A stretch of 64,000 nucleotides of DNA from Camelus dromedarius (lineage: Eukaryota), in assembly GCF_036321535.1 (NCBI RefSeq), contig NC_087437.1, forward strand, positions 23,686,001 through 23,750,000, in the 5' to 3' direction. The position numbers and the translations under genes are program-made. The notes beneath the pieces were generated by a model. That model had not been told where the DNA came from, did no database searches, and was given only the letters and a program-made list of their open reading frames with translations. Position 1 is the stretch's first letter. Every line of letters starts with the position of its first letter. Below are positions 26,680 to 40,885 of this stretch, piece after piece.

Positions 26680-27555
26680 TGGTTGCTCTTATGTTGTCAC
26701 AGTCTGCTTAGAATTATTATTGAATCACTGAGTACAAAATAAAGAAATTTGCAACAATACGTTTCGGTTTCTCAATCCTTTATGTCATTTTTGTCGTATT
26801 TCACTCATACCTAAGGTAACTCCATATACATTGTTATAATTTTGGTTTAGAGGGTCAGTTGTCTCTTACAGGTATATAAGAGAAGTAAAAAAGATAGCTT
26901 TTATATTTACCCACATATACACAATTCCATGTGCACTTCATTCTTTCTTGGACATTTGTATTTTATATACTATCACCTCCCCTCAGGCTGAAGAGTTTAC
27001 TTTTGTGTATGTTGAAGTGTAGATCTGCTGGCAAGAGCTTCTGAAAACATGTTTATTTTGCTTTCATTTTTAAGACTCATCTTGACTAAATATAGAATTG
27101 TGGGTTGGCAGTGCTTTATTTCCCAAAACTTTAAAGATGTTATACTTTTCACTTCCATTTTTATCTAAAGGCAAGTAGGCTACCATTCCTTTTTAGATAC
27201 CTTTATATCTTTGGCTTTCTTGCAGTCAGTCTATAATATGTGGGTTTCCTTGAATATTTCCTTCTTGGGGTTCCCTGAGCTTCCTGGATAAGTCAGTGGA
27301 TATTTTTCCCCACATCTGGTTACATTTCAGCCATTTTTAAAAAACTTCTTCTCTGCTCCATTTTTTCCCTATTCCTAGGAATCCAACTGAATATATGTGA
27401 GAACTCTAGGTATCGTCCCAGAGATCACTGCGGCTTTGCTTGTTTCACATTCTTTTACTCTTTTCTTAGAACTGGATATTTTCTTTGGACCTCTCTTCAA
27501 GTTATGTACCTTTACTTCAATCTGCTGTTAAGCCTCTCTGGTGATTCTTCCATTT
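26680..27555 (-). mobile_element. Old L1 fragments
   Basis: Antisense L1-like motifs (ttgctttcatttttaagac...aaatatagaattgtgggttggcag; ttggggttccctgagcttcctggat). Confidence 0.6.
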
Positions 27556-30500
27556 CAGTTGTAAATATGGAACTCAGTTTCACGAAAGTAAGTCTCAAGT
27601 TGGCATTTGATCTGTTCATTAATTGTATGAAAAGGCCTTTGGAGTTGATAGGTAACTATTTTACACTGGAGGGCAGATAATACTTTTATATTGGGCCAAA
27701 TAATGGAGATATCACCTAATTCATGAGACGTAGGTTGATGATGCCACAGAAGCAGGAACACTGCAGCTTCATAAAGGTAAACCCAACAGAGCTCATGCCG
27801 TTCAGCTTGGGTGAGATGAAATGTAACTCTCAGATGCACCAAGAGATGAAAACTGGGGAAGAAGGATTTGGTGCAAACAGTATCCAATTGGGTTCCAGAA
27901 AGTCTGTGCTAGTTCTTTCATTATCTTGGAAGAAGTTGGAGTGAAGCCAAACATAGTGTATGATACATATCTGGCACTAAATTATTTGTAGAATGAAGGA
28001 TTAAATCCAAGTGGGAAGCAGTGGATCTCTTGGTTGAAGCAGAGGTTGCTGCAAAATAAGCCACCAAATTACATTAATTCAGAGTATAAATTATCCAAGT
28101 AAAAAGAAGCAAAATAGGTTGTGTCATCTATTTTCTTTTCTTCCTCGATTTATTCTTGATATCAATTTTTTTAATGACAATGAAATTGCATTTTTATATA
28201 TTGCAAAAGCTCTGGCAAAAGAATATAGAGATTTAAGTTCCAGTTTGAGCCTGAATCTCTGTATTACTGGTGTAATAATGCCAACACTCATGTTTCAAAA
28301 AATCGTTGTGAAGATTAAGGAGGAAAGACTGCAAGCCCCATGAGGGCAGCAGCTTCAACTCTGTGTCCAGGGATCAGTACAGTCCGGCACAGGAGGTGGT
28401 TAGTAAGTACTTGCTGAGTATTTCACAACTGAATAGTTTTTCAAATAAAGGCTTTTAAAAGTAACATTGGAAAGAACGCTTCTCTTTTGGATATTTTTAC
28501 CTTGCCAGTTTCATTACTTCTGTGTCTTACTCGTTTAGATTACCTGGTTGTCATTTTTGATCAAGTTCTGATAGAATAAACAATTTCTGAAAAATTTTTG
28601 CACTTAATACTTTTCCTCCAGTGGGAGAGTACGTTAAAACCTTTCTTGTCTACTAATTTTGGGCAAGTTCTAGCCTATTTGAAAGCAGTTGACCTATCCA
28701 TCTAAAAGAAGATGAAAGAATTCTTCATCCACCAATGTTTACTTCTCTAGCTCTTGGAGCAATCATTGTAAACAAATTGTAAACAAATACAGGTTTGCAG
28801 AGACCCATGAAGTTTCTGACACACTAAAAATGCATCAAAAGAGAAATTTCAGCTCTTGCAAATTCAGGACAGAGTTAAGAGAAAGAGGAAAAATGACATT
28901 AATTCTGGCATATAAAGCATTAAAAGGAGGCAGTGAAATAAAATAGCAAAACGAAAAAGCTGAGGTGTTTATGCTAAAGAATTTTTCACAAGAAAAGTAA
29001 AATGATGTATTAGTTCTAAACAATCTCAAGAACTGAGAGAACAAATTTCCTTTGCTGTTTCTTATGGCAGATTCAAGAGAATTGAAATATACTGTAAACA
29101 ACCAACTAAACAAAGTGTGCACCAACCATATTTCAAGAGAGAATTACTAACACTGGTGACTCTGATTTCAAGGTCTAATTAACATGTTTGTAGTGAAAGT
29201 TGTTAACTTATGCAGATGGACGGATACAGGTCAGAGAGGACCTTGAAGGAGAAAGTACCTGGTTTCTGTGTTAACATAAAAAAAAAAAATGAGAAAAATT
29301 AACTCATTAAAGCTCGGAGACATGGTGATTTTTTTTGTCATTTGGATTAAGGAAATGTTGGATTGATTGCCTCTTACCAGTATGATTATCTTTATGACCA
29401 AGCAAATTGATGGACCTACGCATTCTGTGAAGATGCCCTTCACACCGATAGTCCTTCCTCGGCAGGGGAAGAAGAAAGATAACAAAGCCAAGTGATAGGA
29501 CACTGCGCCTTCCTACTTTGGATGCAGAGAATTTGGGGACAAGTTAAATAGAAGTTTATAAAAATAAGAGTAAAAAAATTGTGTCAAAACTGGTTAAATC
29601 CTCTAATGTACATGTATAAAGCAGTTAGAGTAAACGCCAGAAGAAAAATGTGAAAAGCTCATCCAAGAAAGAAAAAGGAAAAATTTGGCCTAATCTTGAA
29701 ACGGAAAAAGAAGCCAAAAGTTTTCAAGCAAATCTAACAAATTCAATGCTTGAAAAATGGTTCTTTTTGGAATTAAAAAAGATAAATTTTAAAATAAATT
29801 TCTTTTTTTCTTTATTTTTTCTTTTTTTCCCTTTATTGAAGTATAGTCAGTTACAGTGTGTCCATTTCTGATATTCATTTTCCCCTAGAGCATGCTCTAT
29901 GAAAGTACATGTGCTTCCTGTATATAGGGCATGTACATTTGATAAAAAACATCACTTTTGTCAGCATCTGGGAAACATAATCACACTTTGGAAGCTCTGT
30001 TGGCATTGGTTTCTTGAAGAAGCCTGGAAAATATTGTATTGTCTTATACTTGTGGAGAAAGCAGAAGTAAATTGTTGTGGCAAGAGTCTTGGATTATCTC
30101 ATCTATGCTGAAATTCCATGGGAATGGATGTTCTGAAGGAATGAGAATAAAAATATTCGAAACTGAAAAATACCAGCCAGACAAGGATGATGCAAAGAAT
30201 GGAGGATGAAAGGAAGAATAGATTAAGGATCCCATATGTTCCAAATATGTTTAAAAGGAGAGGTATACAAACACTTTGCTATTAAAGCATTTGAATCAAG
30301 TGAAATAGTATATGTGAATATATTTTGGAAATGTATTGAACGTAGACAAATTTGGCCTCCTCACAGAATTATCTGAAGCTGAATGAATCCACTGTTAAGT
30401 TAGTGCAGACCAAAGGAAATGTTTATTTTCTCCTTTTATTCACCTCTTGGTTCTTTCTCCCCTCATTTAACGTTATCTCTAAGATAATGTGGACAGTGAA

Positions 30501-30758
30501 TAAAAAAGCAGACAAAAATGTGGACTAAAAATAATACAGCACTTTCCCCAACTGCTTGCTTGCTGTAACAGCCAGCGAAGTAAAATGGGTTTTTGTTAGG
30601 ACTCTGCCATTGACTTACATTCTGAACTCAAGTAAGTCTTTTTTTAATAGAATGAGATTTAGCTTGCCTGGGCCCTGAAACTCCAACTCCTAATAAACCA
30701 ATTCAATTATGTAGATTTTGCATATTCATATAGAACTACAGGGCTTTTCCTTAGGTTT

Positions 30759-30760
<2 letters not shown>

Positions 30761-30802
<42 letters not shown>
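30761..30802. repeat. Poly(T) mononucleotide run (about 42 nt)
   Basis: Directly visible. Confidence 0.9.
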
Positions 30803-30803
<1 letters not shown>

Positions 30804-31484
30804 GTAACCTCTGGTCAAAGGAATCACACTGTAGGTATAGGACAAATTGAGTTTTGAACCAGCTTAAGAAAATGTAACATTGCATTGAAATGGTATATAT
30901 TTTCTGTTTGCTTTGGTATTTCTCTGCAGCACACATGACGTGTTGTAAAATTTTGGCAGAGAAACTATATTAGGGTAATTTATTAGGTAGATACTAGGGT
31001 GTCTCCTAAGCTCCACACGGGAGTTGCACTTGAGCCTCTGCATCTGTCTAGAGTCATGATTCTCAGCCCTGTCTTCACCTTAGTCTGGAGAACTTTTTAA
31101 AAATCTGGACTCTACCTGCAGAGACCCGGATTAATTGTTTTGAGGTAGGGCTCAGAAATTAAGTACTGCTTCTAGCTTTAGTAATTTGGTAGAACCAATA
31201 AATATATCTTCTCTCTCCATATCTTTCCTCTGCCTCTCTATATTACATTTGTTTACTAATTATAAGCTGGCTTTTTTTTTTTTATGCTTCTGAGTTTGTA
31301 TGGCAGAGAGTGGTCCCTAAACCAAGCAACAATGGAGAGAAGTGGGTGGGCATCTTATAAAAGCTTCGTTGCCTCCAAATGAAATATGGATGGATGGTAG
31401 ATGTCCAGTTTCCAGAAAACGGGGCCCGGAGCAGGTGACATTAATAGTGTCTAGTTATGGGGTTACCTAGGATTTTTACCTCTT

Positions 31485-32575
31485 TCCTATTGCTGACATT
31501 TGAAATAAGACATTTCAACAAAGTGTCTCTAACTCCATTTTCTTAGATTATTCATGATTGAATTTTTTCACTTTGATACGTAATGTGAATTTTTAATAAT
31601 GAAATTATATTTCTTTTAAAGTGACTCAATTCTGTGTTTTTCAGTTTTCGTAAACAGGCTTTTTTCTTCTGGTGTGCGGATGTATCTGACACTCAGCGGC
31701 CGGCGTCATGGTCCTGAACCTTAGTCTGTCTGATGGAGGGGGCAGTGAAGGGTGGAGGGACAGGGAAGAGGAGATGTGGGACTGTTAGGTGATGGTGAAG
31801 AGACGAGATTTTCTTTTCTGACTCTTTCTCCCTACCTGGTAGTGATCTACAAGAGCAGCCAAGCTTCTCTAAGGGCAGACCTGCTGAAGAACTTCATCGC
31901 TTCTATGTTGCTGATGCCATCAGACTCCGTATATAAATCCCCTCCTACTTCTGTTCTTCAAACTAGTCTTTTCCTGCCTTTTCCCCATTATCAAAAATGT
32001 ATTCATGTTTGGTTTCTCAAAGCTTCTGAAGCTAAACATTGTCCAGTTAGGAAGAAACCAAAGAAATAAAATGTTTTGTTTTGTTTTTTCTACCATGGTG
32101 ATTTATCACTTGGGTAATGGGCTTTGTCAAAGGAAAGGAGAGTTTTGTCAGTGACCTGTCAAGAAACACTGGGAAAGAGCTCATCTTGACCTGCATTTGG
32201 TCTGTGCCAGCTCATAGCAGAGGTCATGATGTCACAGGAGATTAGCATTCCCTTCCAAGTCCCAGCTTCTCAAAACCACTGGATTTTGCTATGATAAACT
32301 AAGTAACACATGCTGGTTAGAAAAACTGCAGCCCTTTAGAGATAACCTCAATGTTGTGAACCCTTCGGGAGGTCTGGCATATCTTGACCCATAGGTTTAA
32401 TTATCATAATTTGGACAACTAAGAGAATTACCACCACCTCTACCACCCCATTAACACATATATCTTCTCATTTAAGAAACATTAACTGTATTAGAAACAT
32501 TCCTATTTAAAATATCAGGCACACATTTTTCCCTACAGTCTTCCCTAACTAAGATTAACTAAGAAAATGATGTGA
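31485..32575 (+). repeat. Duplication block C' (copy of about 11785-12925)
   Basis: Collinear direct homology with block C. Confidence 0.85.
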
Positions 32576-32949
32576 GCATAACAAACAGGGTTTGGCCCTG
32601 TGAAATTCAGAATGATACTAATGCTGTCCCCACAGGGGTACGATATTGTGTAGTCTAGAACATAGACTTTAGGTTGAGATGGTGCCATATTCAAGATTTC
32701 AAATCCATCACTGTGCAACATTGGGGAAGTTATATAACATGACTGAATCTCAATTCTTGCATCTGTAAATGGTGTTAAAATTTTTCACAGGATTGTTTTA
32801 TAGTTTAGATGTGTTACTATAAATGGTCAGGAGGCAACACTGGGCTTGGGGAGTGTTTTTATATAGGTTTTCCCTAGTGGCAATTTGATGCCTAATCTGA
32901 CCCTAGAGTTCTGGTGAGTAGCCTCCTGGAGAAATATTGACATGAATCA

Positions 32950-34630
32950 TTTTTAATTGAATTTTACTGAAATAATTGTGGCTTCACATACAGTTGTTTA
33001 AAAATAACACAGGGAAATCCCATAAACACTTGACCTGGCTCTCCTGCTAGTCACATTTTGTAAAACTAGTATAGAATCACAGCCAAGATTTTGACATTGG
33101 TATAAATGAATTTATTTAGATTTCTTCAGCTTTACTTATACTGGTGTGCATTTGTGTATATGGTGGAGATTTACTTTATGTAATTTTATCACAATTGTAG
33201 GTTTGTGTATCCAGCACCACAGTCGTGATACTGAACATTCTGTATCACAAGGACCCATCATGTTGTCCTTGTATGACCATGCTCACCTCCCTCCAGTTGC
33301 TCCGTACACCTCCTCCCCATGTGCTAACTCTGGAAACCAGGAATCTGACCTCCATTTCTAAAATTTTGTTGTTTGAAAAATATTGAATAAATGGAATCAT
33401 ACAGTATGTGACCTTTGGGCATTGACTTTTTTTCACTCAGTGTAACTCTCTGGAGGTCCACCCAAAGTGCTTGTATCAGTAGTTTGTGCTTTTTACTGCT
33501 GAGTGGTATTATACATTATGAATGTGCCATGGTTAGTTTAACCATTCATCTATTAAACATCTAGGCTGTTTTCAGTTTGGGGCTGTGATGAATAAAGCTG
33601 CAATGACTTTTATGTGGAAATACTTTGTTTCTTTGGGATAAATGCCTGAGTTGGCAATTTCTGAGTTCTATGATAGTTGCATGTTTTGTTTTGTTAGAAA
33701 CTGCCACAGTTTTCCAGAGTGTGTAGTATATCATTTTATATTCCCACCGGCAGTATATGAGAGATGTGTTTCCTCTGGATTCTTGCCAACATTTTATGGC
33801 ATGACCATTTTAATTTTAGCCATTCTGATAGGTCAGTAGTTATATCTCATGGTGGTTTCAATTTACATTTCCCTAGTGGCTAATGATGTTGAACATCTTT
33901 TCATAAGCTTATCTGCTATGTGCATATCTTCTTCAGTGAAATATCTGTTCATGTCTTTTACCATTTTCTAATTGTATTTTTGTTTTTTACTGTTGAGTTT
34001 TGAGAGTTCTTTATCTGCTCTGTGGTTCTTTGTTGGATATGTGGTTTGCAAATATTTTCTCCCTGTCAATAACTTGTCTTTTCACACTGTTCCTTCCTTC
34101 TGCTTGCATTGGGCTTACTTTGCCTCTTTTTATCTAATTTCTTGAGATAGAAACTTAGATTATTGACCTGAGAATTTTTCTCTTTTTTAATGTAAAAATT
34201 TAATGCTATGCAGTTTCCTCTCAGCACTGCATTAGCTGTATCCCACATATTTTGATATAACACATTTTTATTTTCATTCATTTCTGTGTATCCTTTTAGT
34301 GTCTTCTTACTTATGGATTATTTAGAAATGTGTCATTTATTTGCTACATGATTAGAGTTTTTCCTCTTGCCTTTCTGTTTCTGATTTCTAGTTTGTTTCT
34401 GTTATAACCAGAAACATATTCTGTAAGATTGTACTTTGAATCAACTGTTTTTAACTTGTTAAGATTCATTTTACGATCGAGTGTATGGTCTATCTTGGTG
34501 AAAGAACATGTATTTTGCTGTTGATTGCTGGAGTGTTCTTTGTATTTCAGTTATTCCCTGCTGGTTGTGTTGTTCAGATCATCTACATCCTTGCAGATGG
34601 TCTGCATAGTAATTCTCTCAGTTGCTGATG
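32950..34630 (-). mobile_element. Old L1 3' end and ORF2 fragments
   Basis: ORF 33245 (KKSQCPKVTYCMIPFI) and ORF 34066 (YQNMWDTANAVLRGNCIALN) are L1-derived. Confidence 0.8.
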
Positions 34631-34791
34631 AAGTGTTTGTAACTCTGGGTTCTATTTAAGTATTTTATGTTTAGGAGATACCCTGTTTAGATTTAACAAG
34701 CTGATCTTGGTCTACTTTTTTCGACTGTGATTTTAATGTCACTTTTAGGGTAGGCCAGCAGGTTGGAAGCCCAGGGAAGGGGCTGATACAG

Positions 34792-35380
34792 TAGCTCAGG
34801 CACTGGGACTAAAGACATATTGTTTGTACCGTTTTTCTGATTTTCACTTTGTATTAATTATATTAAGATGAAGAACACTTCAAGATGCATTATGAAAACT
34901 TTAAAACACACTGAATGTATCTCTGTTAAATGTTCTTATGTCATTTGATAGGTTAGTTTCCTCTCCATTACCACAGTTACCATTCAAAGATAAGTTTCCT
35001 TTTCATATATCTTCAAGGGGACTCCAACAAAATGAGAATGTTCTTGGACATACAAAAAAAATATGAGAAATTTTATTGCATCTGCCACAAAATTAGACTG
35101 AGTTTCAGCCATGACCTGACAGCATCCAATACATGGTATTTGTTTTCCTCTTAAATATTTACTTGTGTACTGCAAGGTCTGACCAAGTCTTAAGTGATTT
35201 ATTTGTGTAAATTGAGGTGACTGAGCTTCATGCTACCAAGAAAATAATGGAGAAGTATTTTAAGGCTATAAAACATATGTTTTTAAAAATAACTGTAAAT
35301 GAATAACATTTTATAGATAATAATTTAAAGGAAGTATTTTATAATAATATTATCTTTAAATTCATAAAAATATGAATTTT
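34792..35380 (+). repeat. Duplication block B' (copy of about 23373-24000)
   Basis: Collinear direct homology with block B. Confidence 0.9.
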
Positions 35381-35399
35381 TACATATGAATATAGAGAA

Positions 35400-36495
35400 G
35401 TTAGTTTAGTTTGTTTGTTTTGTCTTTTGGAGTCCACATATTAATGAAATCGTATGGTATTTGTCTTTCTCAGTCTGACTTGTTTCATGCAGCATAATAC
35501 CCTCAAGGTCCATCCATGTTGTCACAAATGGCAAGATTTCATTCTTTTTATGAATGAGTAGTATTCCGTTATAATAGTGTATGTTATTATATATAAAATA
35601 TATAATATGTAATATATAATATATATTCCAACTGAGTATATGTATTCCATTGCACATATATGTGTACACATATATATACCATGCCTTTTTTATCCATTCA
35701 TCCATCAATGGACAGAGTTCTCTTTTCTCCACATCCTTGTCAGGACTTGTTATTTCTTGTGTTTTTTATAATAGTCATTCTAACAGTTGTGAGTTGATAT
35801 CTCATTGTGGTTTTGATTTGCATTTCCCTGATAATTAGTGATGTTGAGCATCTTTTCATGTGCTTATTGGCCAGCTGTATGTCTTTTTTTGGAAAAATGT
35901 CTGTTCAGATCCTTTGCCAATTTTTTAAATGGATTACTTTTTTTTTTTTTTTTTTTTACTATTGTGTTGTGTGAGTTCTTTATATATTTTTGATATTAAC
36001 TTACCCTTATTGGATATACGATTTGCGAATATTTTCTCCCATTCAGTAGGTTGCCTTTTCATTTTGTTGATGACTTTCTTTGCTGTATGGAAGTTTTTTA
36101 GTTTGATGTAGTCCCTCTTGTTGATTTTTGTTTCTGTTGCCTTTGCTTTTTGGTGTCAAATCCAAAAACTCATCACCAGGACTGATGAAAAAGAGCTAAC
36201 TGACTATGCTTTCTAATAAGAGTTTTACAGTTTCAGGTCTTATATTCAAGTCTTCAGTCCATCTTGAGTTAATTTTTGTGTGTGGTTTCAGATAGTGGTC
36301 CAGTTTCATTCTTTTCCATGTAGCTGCCTAGTTTTCTCAACAGCATTTTTTGAAGAGACTGTCATCTCCCCATTGTATATTCTTATCTCTTTTGTTGTAA
36401 ACTATTGACCATATATGTGTGGGTTTATTTCTGGACTCTCTATTCTGTTTTGTTGGTCTGTCTATCTGTTTTCATGCTAATACCATACTGTTTTA
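35400..36495 (-). mobile_element. Truncated L1 3' end
   Basis: ORF 35406 (-) DEWIKK...KKNEILPFVTTWMDLEGIMLHETSQTEKDKYH is the ORF2 C-terminus. Confidence 0.88.
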
Positions 36496-37118
36496 GTAAA
36501 TAATTTTTTTAAATTGTTAAACACCATGTAAATCAAATGAATTTATCTATAAATACACCAAAGTAATGATGAAGTATTACAGTGAAGAATATAAAATGCA
36601 GAATATATAATGCACATGATATTATGTTCTTAAACTTAAATATTTGGCTTTTATTTAAATATTTTAAAATCTGATCTTAAAATGATTTTTTGGTGAATTT
36701 ATGTGATTGGTAGCTCACAACTGAGATGAGGGATATCATCAATGGAGAAGGAAATTTAAAAAAATAATCAAAGGAATGTTTCAACTTAACACAATTATTT
36801 GTATAAAACTAACAGTAATATTGTAAAGCCACTAGCTTGCACAAATTATTTTTATGATATATCTAATTATTTACAAATTTACCAGAAGAAGATTCATATA
36901 TATCATTGGAACTTCTGGTGGAAGTTTTAATTTGTAGGGCCACATTTCAGTGAGGAAATGAAAAATTTCACAACTTGTCCAACATTTAGTAGGTAATATG
37001 TGATGGAGGAAGGATTCAGACCTGTATGTGCTGTATTTCAAAGCTTATGGTTTCTCATTCTAGACCAAATGAGAAAGGTTTAGCTTGCTTCAATACATAC
37101 AGTGATACTGTCCTCGGG

Positions 37119-37264
37119 CCAGGGCTGGCTTCTTGGGCCCGGGAGCTGTGCAGTCATAAAGGGTGCCATGCTTGGTTTAATGTGCTACCATTGCCAGCTT
37201 GAATCTTTAGTGGTATTTGAACAAGTGGCACAGCATCTTTATGTGAATTGTGTAGCTGGTCCTG
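37119..37264. mobile_element. MER53-like hAT MITE
   Basis: cagggctggcttc...tgtagctggtcctg terminal inverted repeats; internal tgtgcagtca and gcttggtttaatg match the recalled MER53 consensus. Confidence 0.65.
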
Positions 37265-38680
37265 CTTTTATAAAATATCTCACAGCCCTTTTAACAGCCT
37301 TTGTTTATAGATATGATAAAACCTGTCCTAGCCAACAAGGAAGATTGTTCCAGGAAAATTTTAGACTGATCTATTTCTTTTCATCATTAGTGAAACAGCT
37401 TAACCTTTCAGATAACAGTTTTCTCTTTCCTGTGAGAATGGTACTCATTAACCTTAAATGTGCTCACTTGTTGCTGACTGGCTCCCCACCCATGGTGATG
37501 CTTCTGGAGTTCTCTAAAGGAAGGGGCATTCTCAGTGGGAATGAATTCCTCTTCCTTTGGGTTGAGCAAACCTTTTATGGAGCTGTAGGACTTAGAATGA
37601 AAGTGACTTCCTCTAGTTTACTGAAAGGCTACTTTGCCGCTTTTTCAAATTGATCTTCAAAATACAAAATCTACGGGATAAGGAAAGGGATAGAGAAAGG
37701 GGGGAGGGTAGAAGAGAGAGAGAGGAAAATAAAAGAAGGGGGGACTGTAAAATTGTCAATAGACTTTGTCTCCCATCCAGAAAAAATGTATTGCTCTCTC
37801 ATTGTTTCCATAGTAGTTTATATCATTGTCTTTAATTGCCTTGTCACCTGATGGAGTTATTATTTGTTTAAATGTATTTGTCCCCTACTGGTCTCCTTAA
37901 GTAGTGGAATATAGTCTTGTTCATCTTTTTTTATCTTTGGACTCCTAAAATTTAGTCAAAATATTGATGGAATGTTTGATGAAATAAAATGCCAAATTCT
38001 CCCTTTACCCAGATTTTGGCAGTTACATATCTGAATCACAACTATGCATTTTTTATGTTAGTTATTTAAAAAATTCTCTGAACTAAAACACGGTGAATCC
38101 TGAACATGGATGTGTAAGTGCTTCATTACCTAAAAGCAATGTTTCCAATTAGTTTCTGCCTCTGGGTTTTGTTTTCCCAATGTGATTTAGCTAATGTTTT
38201 AGTTAAAGAGAAAGTGAACCACTGATTAAATTAATGTCTGAGCATAAGACAAAGTGAACCATTATTAGCATAGATCTTTCTCCACTAGCATTTGACAAAA
38301 ACCACTGCTAATTATTTATCCAACTACAAATGTCCTTGTCAGGTGGCAGGACCATGAGGTTCTTTTTGCTTTTTGCTCCATTCATTTTTCTTTCCCCCGG
38401 AATACGGCAGTATGGCACATATTAAATAAGAGCTTCTCTTGAAAGACATGGCGCGATTAAGGACTTGCTCTTTGTAGAGGAAGGAAATGTCTTGCATTAA
38501 GAAAGGAAAAAGTGTACACCCATTTCAGAAATGACAGGATCAATGTTAAGACTCATTGATTAAAGCCATGTGAATGCTAACGAAAATTTAAAGAGGAAGT
38601 AGAAATACAGACATTACCCCAATTCTTTCAGAGTGTAAAGCAATATAGAACAAATTCCAGCCTTTTTCTTTAGGTCAGAA

Positions 38681-38887
38681 TAGTGGTATGCTGGGGCTAG
38701 CTTTCACAGGCCAACAAGGGCCAATTGTGAGTATCTCTTTCCAACTGTTTTCAGTGACATCACATTGGTAGATTGAAATCAGCCATGATGGGAGTATGTT
38801 CACCAAGGTAAGCATCAATCACTGTAAATCAAGGCCTTTTACTCTCCCCTGGAAAGCCAATAACAACATTTATCAGCACAGCACTGG
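38681..38887. mobile_element. MER63-like hAT MITE
   Basis: TIR-like tagtggtatgctgg...tcagcacagcactg. Confidence 0.55.
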
Positions 38888-38929
38888 TTCAGATTAACCC
38901 TGATTCCATAATTCAACCAGAACGTTACA

Positions 38930-39860
38930 AAAGGAGAGAATTACAGAGTAAAATCACTCATGAACATAGATGTAAACATCTTTAACAGTCAATTAATATA
39001 TCTCAGCAAAAACAAACAAATAAAACATTATGATCAAGTGGGACATGGAAATATGACTGATCTGTTAGGACTGCAAGGTTAGCTAAATAATTCAGAATAA
39101 ATCAATGTAGTTCATCAGCTTATCAGCATAAGGAGAAAACGATGTGACCTTATCAGCAGATGCATAAAAGTTATTTAATTAAATTTAAGTTGGTAAAAAT
39201 CTCAGCAATTTAAGAATAGAACTAAAGTGCCACAATCTGATTAACAGTATCTACCAAAAACCTAGAGCTGACAACCTATATAAGGGTGAACTATCAAAAG
39301 GTTTCCCCTTACAGAAAGTTGGGAACAAAGTAAGGATGTCTCCTGCCAATACTTTTATTCATCATTATTCTGGAGGTCCTCCTCAGTTCAAAAAAGTGGC
39401 AAAAAAGAGAAAATCTCTAAAGATTGGAAAGTGTAAAATATAGTTATTTTTATTAGCAAATGATGGTTATGTACACATAAAATCCAAAAGTCTCTACAAA
39501 GAAACAGCTACAACTGGTAAGTGAGTCTAGCAAGGTCATAGTATGCAAGTCAGTATACACAAAATCAGTTGTATTTCCACAGACTAGAAACAAAAATTAG
39601 AAAATATAATTTGAAAGCTGTCATGTACACCAGCATAAAAACATCAAATATCTAGTTTAAAAAGATAATGAAAAATGTGTAAGACCCCTCCTCTGCTAAC
39701 TACAAAACTTAGGTGATAGAAATTAAAGATATACATAAAAGAGAGATACACCATGTTTTCAGAGTGGATGTTTCAATATTGTTAAAATGTCAGTTCTCAC
39801 AAACCAATCTGTGGATTCAATGACATTCTGAACAAAAATCCCAGGAAGTTTTTTGTTTGT
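38930..39860 (+). mobile_element. Old L1 ORF2 (RT) fragment
   Basis: aatcactcatgaacatagatg, ggaacaaagtaaggatgtc and tcaatattgttaaaatgtcagttct motifs. Confidence 0.75.
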
Positions 39861-40464
39861 GTTGTGAAACATGGGTGGAGGGGAGTAGCCAGTCTTCTAA
39901 GTCTTTTAGCAGTGTTTGACTATTTAGGCTACTCTCATTCTGTACATTAATAAATGTTAATTTAAAAAATTCTCGTGTAACCTCAACTTTCCTGCTAAGC
40001 TAGATAGTTCAGAAAATAGCCTGAGATGCAAGCACGAGGAACATCCACGTTTAAGGGGTGGGCACAGGAGCAAGTCTAACAGACTGACAATGAGTGGCAC
40101 GAGGAGGGGAATCAGCCCCCAAGAACGGGTTGTCCGCAAACCAGTCGACGAAAGAGCAGAGTTCAAAAGGGAATTGTTAACAACACCTAATGCCCTGGAG
40201 AAGTCAATTCAGATAAGGCTCAAAAGGATCCCTCACTGAAATAAAGGAATGGTGGAAATGCAAGAGAAATCACAGGGAGTTGGGTGGTAAATAGGAGGTG
40301 AGGAAGTGGAGGAAGAAAGGAGAGAAAACTCAAGCTTTGATATGAAAGAGCAACAATAAAACTGTTATAAAAGATAGAGAGAGATATGTGATTGAGGGAG
40401 ACTTGAGGGCAAAGAAGAGAATCCTGAGCATGTTTAAATACCAATAAGGGAAGTATTCTTGGGA

Positions 40465-40885
40465 GGGGTTCCCAAACGTGGCTGCACATGAGGACCACCT
40501 GGAGAGCTTTTAAAAATTACAGGGCCTTGTGTATGTGGGGGCAGAGGGTATATGGGACATCTCTGTGCTGTGAACCTAAAACTGCTCTTAAAAGAATTCT
40601 GTTTTTAAAAAGCTGGTGCCCAGGCTGTACCTTAGTTGAATGAAATCAATCTCTGGGGATAGGACAAAGCATCAATAGTTTTTTAAAGCTTCCAGGTGGT
40701 GGTTCCAGTGTGTAGATAAGTCTGAGAACCACTGCACTGTTCTGGCCCTTCTCCCACTTGAGTAACGATTAAACATACCTTGAGTTTGTTACAACACAGA
40801 TTGCTGGGCCTCATCCCCAGAGTTTCTGATTAGGGATGTCGATAGGTGGGGCCCATGAATTTGCCTTTTGGAAAAGCTGCCAGAT
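40465..40885. mobile_element. MER5A-like (hAT-Charlie) fragments
   Basis: ggttcccaaac...cacctggagagcttttaaaa...; cagattgctgggcctcatccccagagtttctgatt. Confidence 0.6.

Noticed and set aside
37102..37653. 183-aa plus-strand ORF
   Set aside because: Starts at GTG, overlaps a MER53-like MITE and has no recognisable homology.
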